The notes: a model not told the origin generated them from the sequence alone. A DNA stretch of 44,567 nt from Chiloscyllium plagiosum (GCF_004010195.1 NC_057720.1:11858941-11903507); one strand, 5' to 3'. Positions 11,731-23,008 are shown, numbered from the stretch's first letter. Numbers and translations: made by a program.

Positions 11731-13255
11731 AACAGCATAAATTACCAGGCCACACAATAGGCTATATCAGGGTAAGAGGGCAGTCCTTGACTCAGAGTCT
11801 TTGTCGGTGGTGATCCTCATCAGGAAATGGTCTTCTCCGGATGGAAGATAGAACAGAAGGAGGAAGACCCAGGGAAGAGTTCCTGAACACTACAGCTAGA
11901 GACCAAAATGTGGCCTTCACAACTTTAAGCCTACTGATACATTCCATGCCAGTAGCCAGTTTAAGCTCTATATAAATGAAACATCCTCAACTGTCACGAT
12001 TGCATATTTGTTTATTTGCCTAATTTATGTATACTAACTAAACTGCTGCCAGCAGACGTTCTGAAAATTGCTCACAAATATTTAACTGCCCAGATTTGGC
12101 AACTGTGACCAATAATTCCCAAAATCTAACAATTGCAAATTCTTGGTTTTGAAGTACATATCTAATCCCCTTCTAAAGTTACTACCTAATCTGCTTCCAT
12201 CAACCTTTTAAATAGTGGATTCCAGATCATTACAATCTAATGCATGAAGATAAATTTCATCTCAGTTCTGGTTCTCTTAATTTTGTTTCAATTATTTTAA
12301 TTTGTATCACCCTAAACAGTAGTAAGATTTGCAGCTTCCTGGGGCTGTTTAAAACATCTTGTTTATTTTGGGCTGCTTTATTGGCAGAAGCTAAGAAGCA
12401 AATGCACGTGCTCAATCCTCATTGAGACGGAATAGTTTAAAAGGTGGTGAATTTGCCACTGACAAGTTTGGTGATTTTTTAATGCAGCTCTGTTATTTAG
12501 TTTTGTGTCCATAGGGACTTCAACTCACCCTCAGTTATGATTCAACACGATCATTAGTGCAAACAGGCTATAAATTTCAAACGAGGCTTTCGTGGACAAT
12601 TATCGGATTATTGATGTGGTCAGAATCAGAAAATTAAATCCTTCATCATCTACAATAGAATTCATATAAACATAAAACAACCCAGAATTATACCTGAGCA
12701 CCCACATCAATCAGTTTGTATAATTCACTTTGGCTCAGGCGACTGTGTTTGGTTCATTTGTTACAATGACAAGACAAGCATCTGTTTTATGGTGTGTGTC
12801 AGGAATAAGGAAAATCATTGCTTTACTTCCACTCAATAATTTTCACCAACAAATATTTTGGAAGATTAATGCAAAAGGATTAATTTCACATAACAATGCA
12901 TTTTTACACCACCAAGCAAAAAAATAAACAGCCTGCAGTCTCAAACATGACAGTGTAGTTAATATTGTTAAGTGGCTGTGACACCACACTCCTCCCATTA
13001 GACAGTCTTTCGTAGCTGATCTACAGCAAGGAGTTGCAAATAGTTTACTTCAGATGTTCAACCTACAGGGTTATAAAACTTCCATTAGCATCATAGCACA
13101 AGTATTTTCAATTTAATGCATTCCCCTCTCATACAGCATAAATGTTGGTTTTCTCTTTAAACTGATATTCTTAGGAATTGTTTTGTTGAGTACAGATAAA
13201 AAAAGTTTAGATAAAATGTGTCATTTGCCAACAATACTATTTTTATTGTGTCAAT

Positions 13256-13570
13256 ATTAGATTAGATTAGATTCCCTACAGTATGGAAACAGGCCCTTCG
13301 GCCCAACAAGTCCACACCGACCCTCCGAACAGTAAGCCACCCCACCTCTGACTAATGCACCTAACACTATGTACAATTTAGCATGGCCAATTCACCTGAC
13401 CTGCACATCTTTGGAATGTGGGAGGAAACCGGAGCACCTGGAAAAAACCCACACAGACACGGGGAGAATGTGCAAACTCCATACAGACAGTTGCCCGAGG
13501 CTGGAATTGAACCCGGGTCCCTGGCACTGCGAGGCAGCAGTGCTAACCACTGAGCCACTGTGCCGCCCCA
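13256..13570 (-). mobile_element. HE1-type V-SINE, full length
   Basis: (attag)n tail, V-domain, and head ...gtgctaaccactgagccactgtgccgccc. Confidence 0.92.
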
Positions 13571-13639
13571 CGGTAGCTTAATGGCAGGCTGGCTGCTAGT
13601 ACTGTGTGGATCCCAACACAGTAAAAATAATCTTCATTC

Positions 13640-14300
13640 CATCCTTCTGAATAAATCTATCCTCAGAACCATCTATCTCCCCCTCTCTCTCACAAGCCTT
13701 CATCTTACATCAATCTACACAATTCACTTCAATCGCTCGATGATAGCAAGCTCCAAAGTCCCTGCATACTCTGGGTAAAGAAATTTCTTCAGATTTGGAT
13801 TTCTTGGGGACCTCCAGTGTGGTCTTTCCAACAAGGGAACTCATTCTCTCTACAGACACTCCATCAAGTGCTTTATAATTTTAAACATCTGTCACCCCTC
13901 AGCTTTCTTTTCTCCGAAAGGTACAGGCTCATTGTGTCGATAATTTCCTGATAATGCATCATCCTCTACATCCTCTCTCCAGAGCCTATACGTTTTAGAA
14001 GATGGTGACTAGAATTGTACATAGCTCACTAAATCAACATCTGATACAGATTTAGTATAGTTTTCTTACCTTCAATCTTCCCTCTTTGGAAATAAAGCCA
14101 GTGTTTGGCTTCAATTTTACAGCCTTGCAAACCACTGGTGCAATTTTAAATCAGTATTTACACTTTCTTTGTTCCCCTAGACTTGCACTATCCAAGTAAT
14201 AAGTGATTTCTCTAATCCTCTCACCAATTCATACTAGCTCACATTCATCTGTGTTGAAATACTTGATCATCTTAAACTGCATATTTTGGTCACTATTTTC
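13640..14300 (-). mobile_element. Old CR1 LINE remnant
   Basis: ctctgggtaaagaaatttctt, ttataattttaaacatct and agatggtgactagaattgtacata are antisense CR1 3' motifs, heavily diverged. Confidence 0.55.
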
Positions 14301-14402
14301 TACTTTGCCTCTTTTACCTGTTCTGGTTTACTCTTATTTATTTCATTCATTCATGGGATGCAGGCATCGCTGTCTGGTTGCCTTTGCAAAGGTTTTTTTT
14401 TT

Positions 14403-14682
14403 AAAGATTTGATTCCCTCGTGTGGAAACAGGCCCTTCAGCCCTCCAAAGAGCAACCCACCCAGACCCATTCCCCTACATTCTGCCCTAACTAATGCACT
14501 TAACACTATGGACAATTTAGCGTGGCCAATTCACCTGACCTGATCGTGGGAGGAAACCGGAGCACCCGGAGGAAATGCATGCAGACACGGGGAGAATGTG
14601 CAAACTCCACACAGACAGTTGCCCGAGGCAGGAATTGAACTCGGGTCCCTGGCGCTGTGACCACTGAGCCACTGTGCCGCCC
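14403..14682 (-). mobile_element. HE1-type V-SINE with internal deletions
   Basis: Homologous to 13256-13570; nested in the L2/Crack-like element. Confidence 0.88.
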
Positions 14683-15325
14683 GTGCCAAAGGTGGTGATG
14701 AACTGTCTTCTTAAATCACTGTGGTGAATTTGGTGTAAATATCCCCACAATGCTGTACGGGAGAGCATTCCAAGAACTTGACCCAGTGACAGTGAAGGAA
14801 TGGCGATATATCTTCAAGTCAGGATGGGGAGTGACTTCGGGAGGAACTTGCAGGGGGTGGCGTTCCCATGTATCAGCTGATCGTGTCCTTCTAGATGGAA
14901 GTGGCCTTGGGTGGAAGGTGCTAAGGAGCTATGGTGATTTTCCGCAGGGCATCTTGTGGATAGTATACACTGCTGCTACGGGCAATCAGTGGTGGAGGGA
15001 GGGGATGTTTGTTGATGTGGTGCCAACCAAGTGCCCTGCTTTGTCTAGGATTGTTTCAAAGTTCTTGAGTGTTGTTGGAGCTGCACTGATCCAGGCAAGA
15101 GGGGTGCATTCCATCATATTCCTGACTTGTTCCTTGTAGATGGTAGCCAGGCTTTGGGGAGTCAGAAGGGGAACTACTCGCTGCAGTATTCCTAACTTCT
15201 TACCTATTCTTGTAACCATTACATTTATACGGCTCGTCTGGTTCAGCTTTTAGTCAATGATAGGATGTTGATAGTGGGATCATTAAGTGATGGTAACACC
15301 ACTTAATATCAAGGAACAACGGTTT

Positions 15326-16105
15326 CATCAGTTTTCACAGCAATATACCAGCATTTCAAGGCAATCAAAGGATAGAGGTGAATGGAGTGGCCATAACGAA
15401 GGACAAAGTGCTAGGGAAGCTGAAAGGTCTGAAGGTGGATAAATTATGCAGACCAGATGGACTTCACTCCAGAGTCCTGAAGGAGATAGCTGAGGAGATT
15501 GTAGAGGCAATGGTGATGATCTTTCAGGAAGTACTGGAGTCAGGTAAGGTCCCAGAGGAGTGGAAAATGGCTAATATAACACCCCTGTTTAAGAAGGAAG
15601 GGAGGCAGGCAGAAGACGGGAAACTAATGGTCAATTACCAAGACCTCAATGGTTGGAGGGAATCCAAAGAGGTTTACAAGAATTATCCTAGGGATGAAGG
15701 GCTTGTCATACTCTGGATCTGTACACAATGGAGTTTTGAAGGATGAAAGATGATTGGATTAAAACTTACAGAATACTGCGAGACTTGGAAGAAGTGGATG
15801 TGGAGATGTTTCCACTAGAAAAGACTAGGACCCCAGGGCACAGCCTCAGACAGCAGGGATGATCCTTTGGAACTGAGGTAAAGAGAAATTTCTTCTGCTA
15901 GGCAATGGTTAATTGATGGAACTCATTGCCTCAGAGGGCTGTGGAGGTCAAGTCACTGAGATATTGAAGACAGATAGGTTCTTGAGTGATAAGGGGATCA
16001 AGGGATACAGGGAGAATGCAGGAGAATAGGGATCATTTATGATCGAATGACAGAACAGACATGATGGGCTGAATGACCTAATTCTGCTTCAGTATCTTAT
16101 GGTTA
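15326..16105 (+). mobile_element. Internally deleted CR1 LINE nested in the L2/Crack-like element
   Basis: ORF 15378..15746 KVLGKLKGLKVDK..PDGLHSRVLKEIAEEIVEA...VPEEWKMANITPLFKK jumps directly into the CR1 3' region and tail. Confidence 0.88.
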
Positions 16106-17074
16106 GAGACTCTTGTTGGAGATGGTTATTGACTGGTATACGTGTGATTTGATGTCACTTGCCAGTTTTCAACCCAAGCCTGGATATTGTCCAGATCTTG
16201 TTGCTTCCGTGTCTAAGCAGTTGTGACTGATGCTGAACATTGTGCAATCAGTGAACATCCCCACTTCTGACGGTATGATGGAGGGAAGGACATTGATGAA
16301 GCAGCTGGACCTATTACACTATCCTAAGAAACCAGAAGGCTCTTTTGGCGCTCTGGTAGCACCCCTACCTCTGGTCCAAATCCCACCTGCTCCAGAGATG
16401 TGTCATAACATGCCTAAAGAGATTAATTAATAGAACTGACCCTGAGCAACTTGTGCAGACATGTCCTAAGCTAACCTGAAACAGTTCGACCATCTCCCTA
16501 AAGTGATTCCAACCAGCAGAGAATTTTCCCCAATTCCCACTGATTCCAGTTTCTCCAGGACTTCTTGATGCCATATCTTGGCGAGGAGTATGGCAAGTCT
16601 GGACCGCATCTTCATTTTACCAGTGCTGTTCCCTTCTATGGTGCGTTATCTGTACATATAGCAACTCCACCTCACATTTAACACTATCCTTTCCAAACTG
16701 CAATGTTTAATTCCCAGTCATGATTGTTCTGTAGATATGCCTCATTGATCCCAAATCATCCAAACACAATAACCTCCCCTGCTTTATTGTAAGCATTGTG
16801 TACATCACTATACAGACACTGTTAACTCATTTTTAATCAGAGCTTCTCTCACTATTGGCAGCAATACCCTCCTTTACTTTATTATTTCCATTGCTCTCCT
16901 GCCCAATTTTGGTTAATAATTAGGCTGCTCACATTGTAGTAGATGCCCCCTGCACTTCCAAATCTTAACTAGTTTAAAGACTTTTCCATCTTTGCAATTA
17001 TCAATTCTGCCAGGAGATGGACTCCATCCCAGTTCAGTGTGGCCGATTCCATCAGTAAAACTCCTGCCTTTTGT

Positions 17075-17600
17075 CTCCTTCTCAAGAAGGATGTAATTGC
17101 ATTGGATGCAATTCAGAGGAGAGTTATTGGATCGATATCTGATAAGTGGGCTGTCTTGAGGGAAGCAGACAGACTGGACCTGACTACACTGATGATTAGA
17201 GGAGAAACTGAGGACTGCAGATGCTGGAGGTCAGAGCTGAAAAATGTGTTGCTGGAAAAGCGCAGCAGGTCAGACAGCATCCAAGGAGGAGAATCGACGT
17301 TTCGGGCATGAGAAACATCGATTCTCCTGCTCCTTGGATGCTGCCTGACCTGCTGCGCTTTTCCAGCAACACATTTTCTACACTGATGATTACACAGTGT
17401 GGTTCGACTGGATTGAAGTGTATGAAATCCTGAATGGCTTTGACAAGGTGGAAGTGGAAAGGATATTTGCTCTTGTGGGTGGAACTATGGGGCACGGTCT
17501 TAAAAATTGGAGGTCACCCTTTTAGGACAGAGATGAGGAGAATTTTTTCCCCCTCTTGTGCACTTTCTGAATCCCCTGCTTAAGAAGGCGGTGAGGCAGA
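17075..17600 (+). mobile_element. Decayed CR1 3' fragment interrupted by a family-1 palindrome
   Basis: LKKDVIALDAIQRR before the insert; ggtcacccttttaggacagagatgaggagaatt after it. Confidence 0.7.
17199..17377. mobile_element. Palindromic Penelope-derived element (family 1, centre deleted) with 15-bp TSD
   Basis: Perfect direct repeat ctacactgatgatta at 17184-17198 and 17378-17392. Confidence 0.88.
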
Positions 17601-17796
17601 GAACCAAAGATCACCGCCCAGAGATAACTACACTCCAGGTCCTGCTTTGTAACTCAGAGTGGGTATACCCCTAACATACAATGCCTACCTAAAGAACCAC
17701 CTCCGAATGCAAATTGAAATCGAAAGAACTGCAGATGCTGGAATTGTAGAAACAAAACCAAAAAGTGCTGGAAAAACTCAGCAGATCTGGCAGCAT

Positions 17797-17999
17797 GGAG
17801 AAAGTGAGGACTGCAGATGCTGGAGATGAGAGCTGGAAAAGCGCAGCAGGTCAGGCAGCATCCAAGGAGCAGGAGAATCGACGTTTCGGGCATAAGCCCT
17901 TCTTCAGGATTCCTGAAGAAGGGCTTATGCCCGAAACGTCAATTCTCCTGCTCCTTGGATGCTGCCTGACCTGCTGCGCTTTTCCAGCAACACATTTTT
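17797..17999. mobile_element. Near-perfect palindromic Penelope-derived element (family 1) with 15-bp TSD
   Basis: Inverted arms centred on tcttcagga-t-tcctgaaga (17910). TSD cagatctggcagcat at 17782-17796 and 18000-18014. Confidence 0.9.
17875..17912 (-). ncRNA. Minimal type I hammerhead ribozyme motif (Penelope-type) with intact core
   Basis: Minus strand reads GAAUC-CUGAAGA-A-GGGC UUAU GCCC-GAAAC-GUC^GAUUC: 5-bp stem I, full catalytic core, 4-bp stem II, palindromic ACGU in place of stem III. Predicted cut between 17880 and 17879. Activity is not shown. Confidence 0.65.
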
Positions 18000-18118
18000 C
18001 AGATCTGGCAGCATCCATGGGGAGAAAATAGAGTTAACGTTTCAGGTTCAGTGACTCTCCTTCGGAACTCAAAGTTCAGCCAAGCTTATTGCCAACCTTT
18101 AGGAATGGATACGGGGCA

Positions 18119-18293
18119 CCAAAAGAGAAAATGCTGGAAAATCTCAGCAGGTCTGGCAGCATCTGTAAGGAGAGAAAAGAGCTGACGTTTCGAATCTAAC
18201 TGACCCTTTGTCAAAGCTTTTCTAGATCTGCTGAGATTTTCCAGCATTTTCTCTTTTGCTTTCAGGTTCCAGCATCCGCAGTAATTTGCTTTT
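18119..18293. mobile_element. Partly palindromic Penelope-derived element (family 2 variant)
   Basis: aaaagagaaaatgctggaaaatctcagcag / ctgctgagattttccagcattttctctttt inverted arms. Imperfect TSD atggatacggggca / atggacttggggca. Confidence 0.75.
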
Positions 18294-18499
18294 ATGGACT
18301 TGGGGCAAGTGCTCTTATGCTTGTCCCAAGGTAAGAAATGCAAATGATGTCAGGAATACCAGAGCAGTACCTTTAATTCCACAATGGGAACATTAAAAGT
18401 ATTTTATTCTTGTAAAGTATTCAACCTCACAAGCTTAGAATTACAGGGCTTAGAACATCTGATTGAGAGAATCAAAGAGGGCCCAGAGAGCAGTACAAG

Positions 18500-18533
18500 T
18501 GTACCACCTAGTGGAGCAATTAAGGAATTGCAG
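18500..18533 (-). promoter_or_regulatory. Candidate CTCF site with upstream (U) module
   Basis: Minus strand CTGCAATTCC-TTAATTGCT-CCACTAGGTGGTAC resembles the extended CTCF motif CTGCAGTNCC-N5/6-TGGCCACYAGRKGGC. Motif match only. Confidence 0.45.
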
Positions 18534-18700
18534 TAATGGCATTTATCAAGTTTACATTGCCTTAACAACCAACCGCAGGAGGGTTGAAGCTGACAGAAAC
18601 TAGGGAAGGATAGTTTGCGTAAAAAGAAAACAAAATAACAAACGTTAATGAGAGTTGAGGAAATGGCTACACATTAACCGCTATGTTTTATGCACAATAC

Positions 18701-18796
18701 CTTTTTTGAATGCAAGTACAAGTTCGGTGTTCTGCCCGGAATAGGGATTCCAGCTTTAGCTAATTTAATGAAATACTTCTGCACTCTGCTGGCAAC
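18701..18796 (-). CDS. ZZZ3: ZZZ3 internal coding exon F (96 nt): [32 protein letters not shown]
   Basis: Acceptor cttttcctccag|GTT GCC and donor AAG|gtattg. Completes SANT helix 3. Lies in ORF 18674..18886(-). Confidence 0.96.
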
Positions 18797-19319
18797 CTGG
18801 AGGAAAAGACATGCACAAAATAACCAGATGAAAATAAATATTAGTACTGTTGGGGGGGGGGGGAGGGGGAGAGAGAAGGAAAACAAAAGGCTAAAGTTTC
18901 AGGCATGGCAGCTCATCAAACTCAAGAGCTCATATTTTTCTAATTTGCCTTTCTGTTGTACCAGGGAAGTTCATATTCATTACAGTGTGTGCAAAAATTT
19001 GATCATTCAAGACTAGTTAAGGCTTCTATTTAATGTGGCAGTCAACCTCAGGAAATACCAAACACTTTAGAAAATTAATCACTGCTGTATCATATGAAAC
19101 GGCAAGTTCCTACCAACACAAATTAAATAATAATGCATTTAATGAGGCTAGTTTGAGATGAATATTATCCAAAACTCTGGGGAGAACTGTGCTCTTCCTC
19201 AATTTTCCTGTCTACCTAAAAAGAAAGCAGAGGCTTAGATATATAATTCCAGGAGGAAAATGCTTATTTAATAAAGCAATTATGAACAAGAAACTAAAAG
19301 CCACTGAGTTGCTGAACAA

Positions 19320-20012
19320 AGAGCTCACAGCTCCTTGAAAGTAGAATCACAGGTAGGTAGGGTAATGAAGGCAGCGTTTGGTATGCTTTCCTTTATTGGT
19401 CAGAGTATGGAGTACAGGAGTTGGGAGGTCACATTGCGCTGTACAGGACATTGGTTAGGCCACTTTTGGAATATTGCATGCAATTCTGGTCTCCTTCCTA
19501 TTGGAAGGATGTTGTGAAACTTGAAAGGATTCAGAAGAGATTTACAAGGATGTTGCCAGGGTTGGAGGATTTTAGCTACAGGGAGAGGTTGAATAGACTA
19601 GGGCTGTTTTCCCTGGAGTGTCAGAGGCTGAGGTGTGACCTTATAGAGATTTATAAAATCATGAGGGGCATGGGTAGGGTGAATAGACAAAGTCTTTTCC
19701 CTGGGGTTGGGGAGTCCAGAACTAGAAGACATAGGTTTAGGATAAGAGGGGAAAGATATAAAAGAGACCTAAGGGGCAACTTTTTCACGCAGAGGGTGGG
19801 AACGTGTATGGAATGAGCTGCCAGAGGAAGTGGAGGAGGCTAGTACAATTGCAACATTTAAAAGGCATCTGGATAGGTATATGGATAGGAAGGGTTTGGA
19901 GGGATACGGGCCGGGTGCTGGCAAGTGGGACTAGATTAGGTTAGGATATCTGGTCGGCATGGACGGGTTGGGCCAAAGGGTCTGTTTCCATGCTGTACAT
20001 CTCTATGACTCT
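19320..20012 (+). mobile_element. CR1 (HER1-type) LINE, relatively young 5'-truncated copy
   Basis: ORF 19421..19816 LYRTLVRPLLEYCMQFWSPSYWKDVVKLERIQKRFTRMLPGL...RGNFFTQRV; tail catctctatgactct. Confidence 0.95.
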
Positions 20013-20189
20013 GAGAGAGGAGTGTTTTAATAGGCTACTCCACAAAAGCATTAAGAGTCAATCATGTAGCAAGTGAGTGAAGTCACAAGGTCAGATGCAG
20101 TGAGGTGATACAGCCCCTGTGCCCTGCAGTACTGTGATCTGCTTTAACGTTTCAACAACAATCCAGCTGGATGCGTCATCGTTTTTCAC

Positions 20190-20620
20190 AGATTCATAGA
20201 ATTGTTATAGCACAGAATGTGGCCATTGGGCCCATTGTGCCTGTACTGGCTCTGGAAACAAGCATCATCACCTATTTCCAGTCTCCTGCTGCATGCCCAT
20301 CTCCTCCTGCATGCCCATATCCCTGCGCACCATTTCTATCCAAAAGATCCTCCAGTGCCCCTCCTGAATGTCTCAACTGAAGCTGTCTCTACCAATGTTT
20401 CAGGCAGTGCATTTTATAACCTAAATTCAATCTACAAAAAATTCCCTCCCCACCATATTATCCTTGCTTCTTTAAATCTATGATCTCTCGCTCTTGTTCC
20501 TATTACGAGCAGGAACAGCTTGTCCCGATGTATCCAACCTGCTCATGAATTTGAAAATCTCTAATGAAATCTCCTCTTAGGCTCCTTCTCTCTAATGAGA
20601 AAGTTCTAACTTCTTTTGTC
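20190..20620 (-). mobile_element. CR1-type LINE 3' end, degraded
   Basis: cacagattcatagaattgttatagcacagaatgtggccattgggcccattgtg tail followed by antisense CR1 3' motifs. Confidence 0.6.
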
Positions 20621-21005
20621 TGAAGCCAAACGAGAAGCATATCATATTTACTGAATTCAACTTCATGGTAGGACCTGGATTAAAGAATCCCAAATTATTA
20701 ATTTAGTACAGTTAACAATTACACTTCTGCATCCATCTTGAACTACCAGACCTAAATGTGACAACATTATATCAGCAACTTCCCAGGTAAATTAAATGAA
20801 AATATGAATGGATCTCCAGACACCGATCCGAGGGGCTACAGGGTATGCAGCTATGCAAGAAAACACTTGCACATACGATGATAAATTGGATTTTTGTTCC
20901 AATGGATGTTAACAGAAATACACCGAATATCAGTAAATATGATAAGATGCTGATTAAAAATAACAACCCTATACTCAAGACTGCAACACTGCTGCTGATC
21001 ATTAC

Positions 21006-21107
21006 CTGTTTAGCAGTCCGGTTGCCTAATTTATCCGCTATCTTCTGCCAACGTCGTGTTTCCACTTCTTCCGGGGGATATTTAAGGAGCAGTTCCTCTA
21101 ATCGTTT
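21006..21107 (-). CDS. ZZZ3: ZZZ3 internal coding exon E (102 nt): [38 protein letters not shown] domain core
   Basis: Acceptor tttgttttcaaag|AAA CGA and donor CAG|gtaatg. Myb/SANT signature WxxIAxxLGNRTxxQ. Lies in ORF 20772..21119(-). Confidence 0.96.
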
Positions 21108-21387
21108 CTTTGAAAACAAACCAAAAAGGTACAGGGCGGGTCAATATTCAGACAACATGCAGCCACTGCATTGGCTTAGATAAGGTTGGTGATTTAAGTT
21201 AAGAATTTTCTGAACTGCTTACACAGTCCATGTTTTCATAGGAGCAAGTGTGTGGAAGTGGCCACAGATTTAATCCTTAGAGACAGGGCACAAAATGGGA
21301 AAACTGCAGGCTGTTCACATTGCATTACTAACAGAACCCGCAAAATGGAAACTGAGGAACCCAGAGAAAAAAAAATCGAAGACTTCA

Positions 21388-21689
21388 GATTGATTAATTA
21401 GATTCCCCACAGAGTGGAAACAGGCCCTTAGGCACAACAAGTCCACACTGACCCTCTGAAGAGTAACCCACCCAGACCCATTTCCCTCTGACTAATGCAC
21501 CTAACACTATGGGCAATTTAGCATGACCAATTCACCTAACCTGCACACCTTTGGACTGTGGGAGGAGGAAGCCCATGCAGACATGGGGAGAATGTGCAAA
21601 CTCCACACAGACAGTCACCCAAGGCTGGAATCGAACCTGGGTCCCTGGTGCTGTGAGGCAGCAGTGCTAACCACTGAGCCACCATGCCG
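21388..21689 (-). mobile_element. HE1-type V-SINE ending at the gap
   Basis: Homologous to 13256 and 41875. Confidence 0.92.
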
Positions 21690-22189
21690 NNNNNNNNNNN
21701 NNNNNNNNNNNNNNNNNNNNNNNNNNNNNNNNNNNNNNNNNNNNNNNNNNNNNNNNNNNNNNNNNNNNNNNNNNNNNNNNNNNNNNNNNNNNNNNNNNNN
21801 NNNNNNNNNNNNNNNNNNNNNNNNNNNNNNNNNNNNNNNNNNNNNNNNNNNNNNNNNNNNNNNNNNNNNNNNNNNNNNNNNNNNNNNNNNNNNNNNNNNN
21901 NNNNNNNNNNNNNNNNNNNNNNNNNNNNNNNNNNNNNNNNNNNNNNNNNNNNNNNNNNNNNNNNNNNNNNNNNNNNNNNNNNNNNNNNNNNNNNNNNNNN
22001 NNNNNNNNNNNNNNNNNNNNNNNNNNNNNNNNNNNNNNNNNNNNNNNNNNNNNNNNNNNNNNNNNNNNNNNNNNNNNNNNNNNNNNNNNNNNNNNNNNNN
22101 NNNNNNNNNNNNNNNNNNNNNNNNNNNNNNNNNNNNNNNNNNNNNNNNNNNNNNNNNNNNNNNNNNNNNNNNNNNNNNNNNNNNNNNNN
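21690..22189. other. Assembly gap (500 N)
   Basis: Run of exactly 500 N. Confidence 1.
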
Positions 22190-22812
22190 TGGCCTTCATT
22201 ACAAGAGGGATTGAGTATAGAAGCAAAGAGGTGCATCTGCAGCTGTACACGACCCTGGTGAGACCATACCTGGAGTACTGTGTGCAGTTCTCGTCTCCAA
22301 ATTTGAGGAAAAACATTCTGGCTATTGAGGGAGTACAGCATAGGTTCATGAGGTCAATTCCTGGAATGGCGGGATTACCTTACACTGAAAGACTGGAGTG
22401 ACTGGGCTTGTATACCCTTGAGTTTAGAAGACTGAGAGGGGATCTGATTGAGACATAAGATTATTAAAGGATTGGACACTCTGGATGCAGGAAACTTGTT
22501 TCTGCTGATGTGAATGCCGAACCAGAGGACACAGCTTAAAAATACGGGGCAGACCATTTAGGACAGAGATGAGGAGAAACTTCTTCACCCAGAGACTGGT
22601 GGCTGTGTGGAATGCTCTGCCCCAGAGGGCAGTGGAGGCCCAGTCTCTGGATTCATTTAAGAAAGAGTTGGATAGACCTCTCAAGGATAGTGATCAAGGG
22701 TTATGGAGATAAGGAAGGAACAGGATACTGATTAATGATGATCATATTGAATGGTGGTGCAGGCTCGAAGGGCAGAATGGTCTACTCCTGCACCTATTGT
22801 TTATTGTCTATT
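22190..22812 (+). mobile_element. CR1 LINE 3' portion
   Basis: AFITRGIEYRSKEVHLQLYTTLVRPYLEYCVQFSSPNLRKNILAIEGVQHRF; tail cctattgtttattgtctatt. Confidence 0.95.
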
Positions 22813-23008
22813 TTAACTTCAGGTGCAACACTGGCTTTAAACTGCAGCTGATCTGAGGGTCCACATACGTGGTGTGGCCACAAGTCTCACAGGTCCACAT
22901 TGATTAAAAAAGAAATTAGTGGGAACTCTGTTTTGATACTGACCATCTGTAGTATTTTGCTTTTATCTGGAGGGATTGTACTTTGAGCCAGGGGCATGTC
23001 ATAAACCA

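Larger units (their letters stand above)
14340..16575 (-). mobile_element. L2/Crack-like LINE 3' portion hosting nested HE1 and CR1 insertions
   Basis: ORF 14986..15219(-) LATIYKEQVRNMMECTPLAWISAAPTTLKNFETILDKA. 3' tail ttcattcattcatgggatg. The sequence resumes after 16105. Confidence 0.8.
17722..18070 (-). mobile_element. Penelope-like terminal element (family 2) hosting a nested family-1 element
   Basis: gaactgcagatgctggaat...gctggaaaaactcagcagatctggcagcat | ...gagttaacgtttcaggttcagtgactctccttcggaactc; degenerate hammerhead with stem I GAGUU/AACUC. Confidence 0.75.

Noticed and set aside
12529..12568. Cryptic minus-strand exon ending in a gtgagt donor
   Set aside because: Weak pyrimidine tract and no ZZZ3-like coding signal; such matches are expected by chance.
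17797..17999. Palindromes as pre-miRNA genes or DNA-transposon MITEs
   Set aside because: They are multi-copy, have asymmetric ends and 10-15 bp variable TSDs, and carry a hammerhead core, which fits Penelope-derived retroelements better.
19421..19816. 131-aa ORF as a host gene
   Set aside because: It is the C-terminal part of CR1 ORF2 in a 5'-truncated copy, with no full RT or endonuclease.
20283..20320. 18-bp tandem duplication
   Set aside because: Ordinary slippage inside a decayed CR1.
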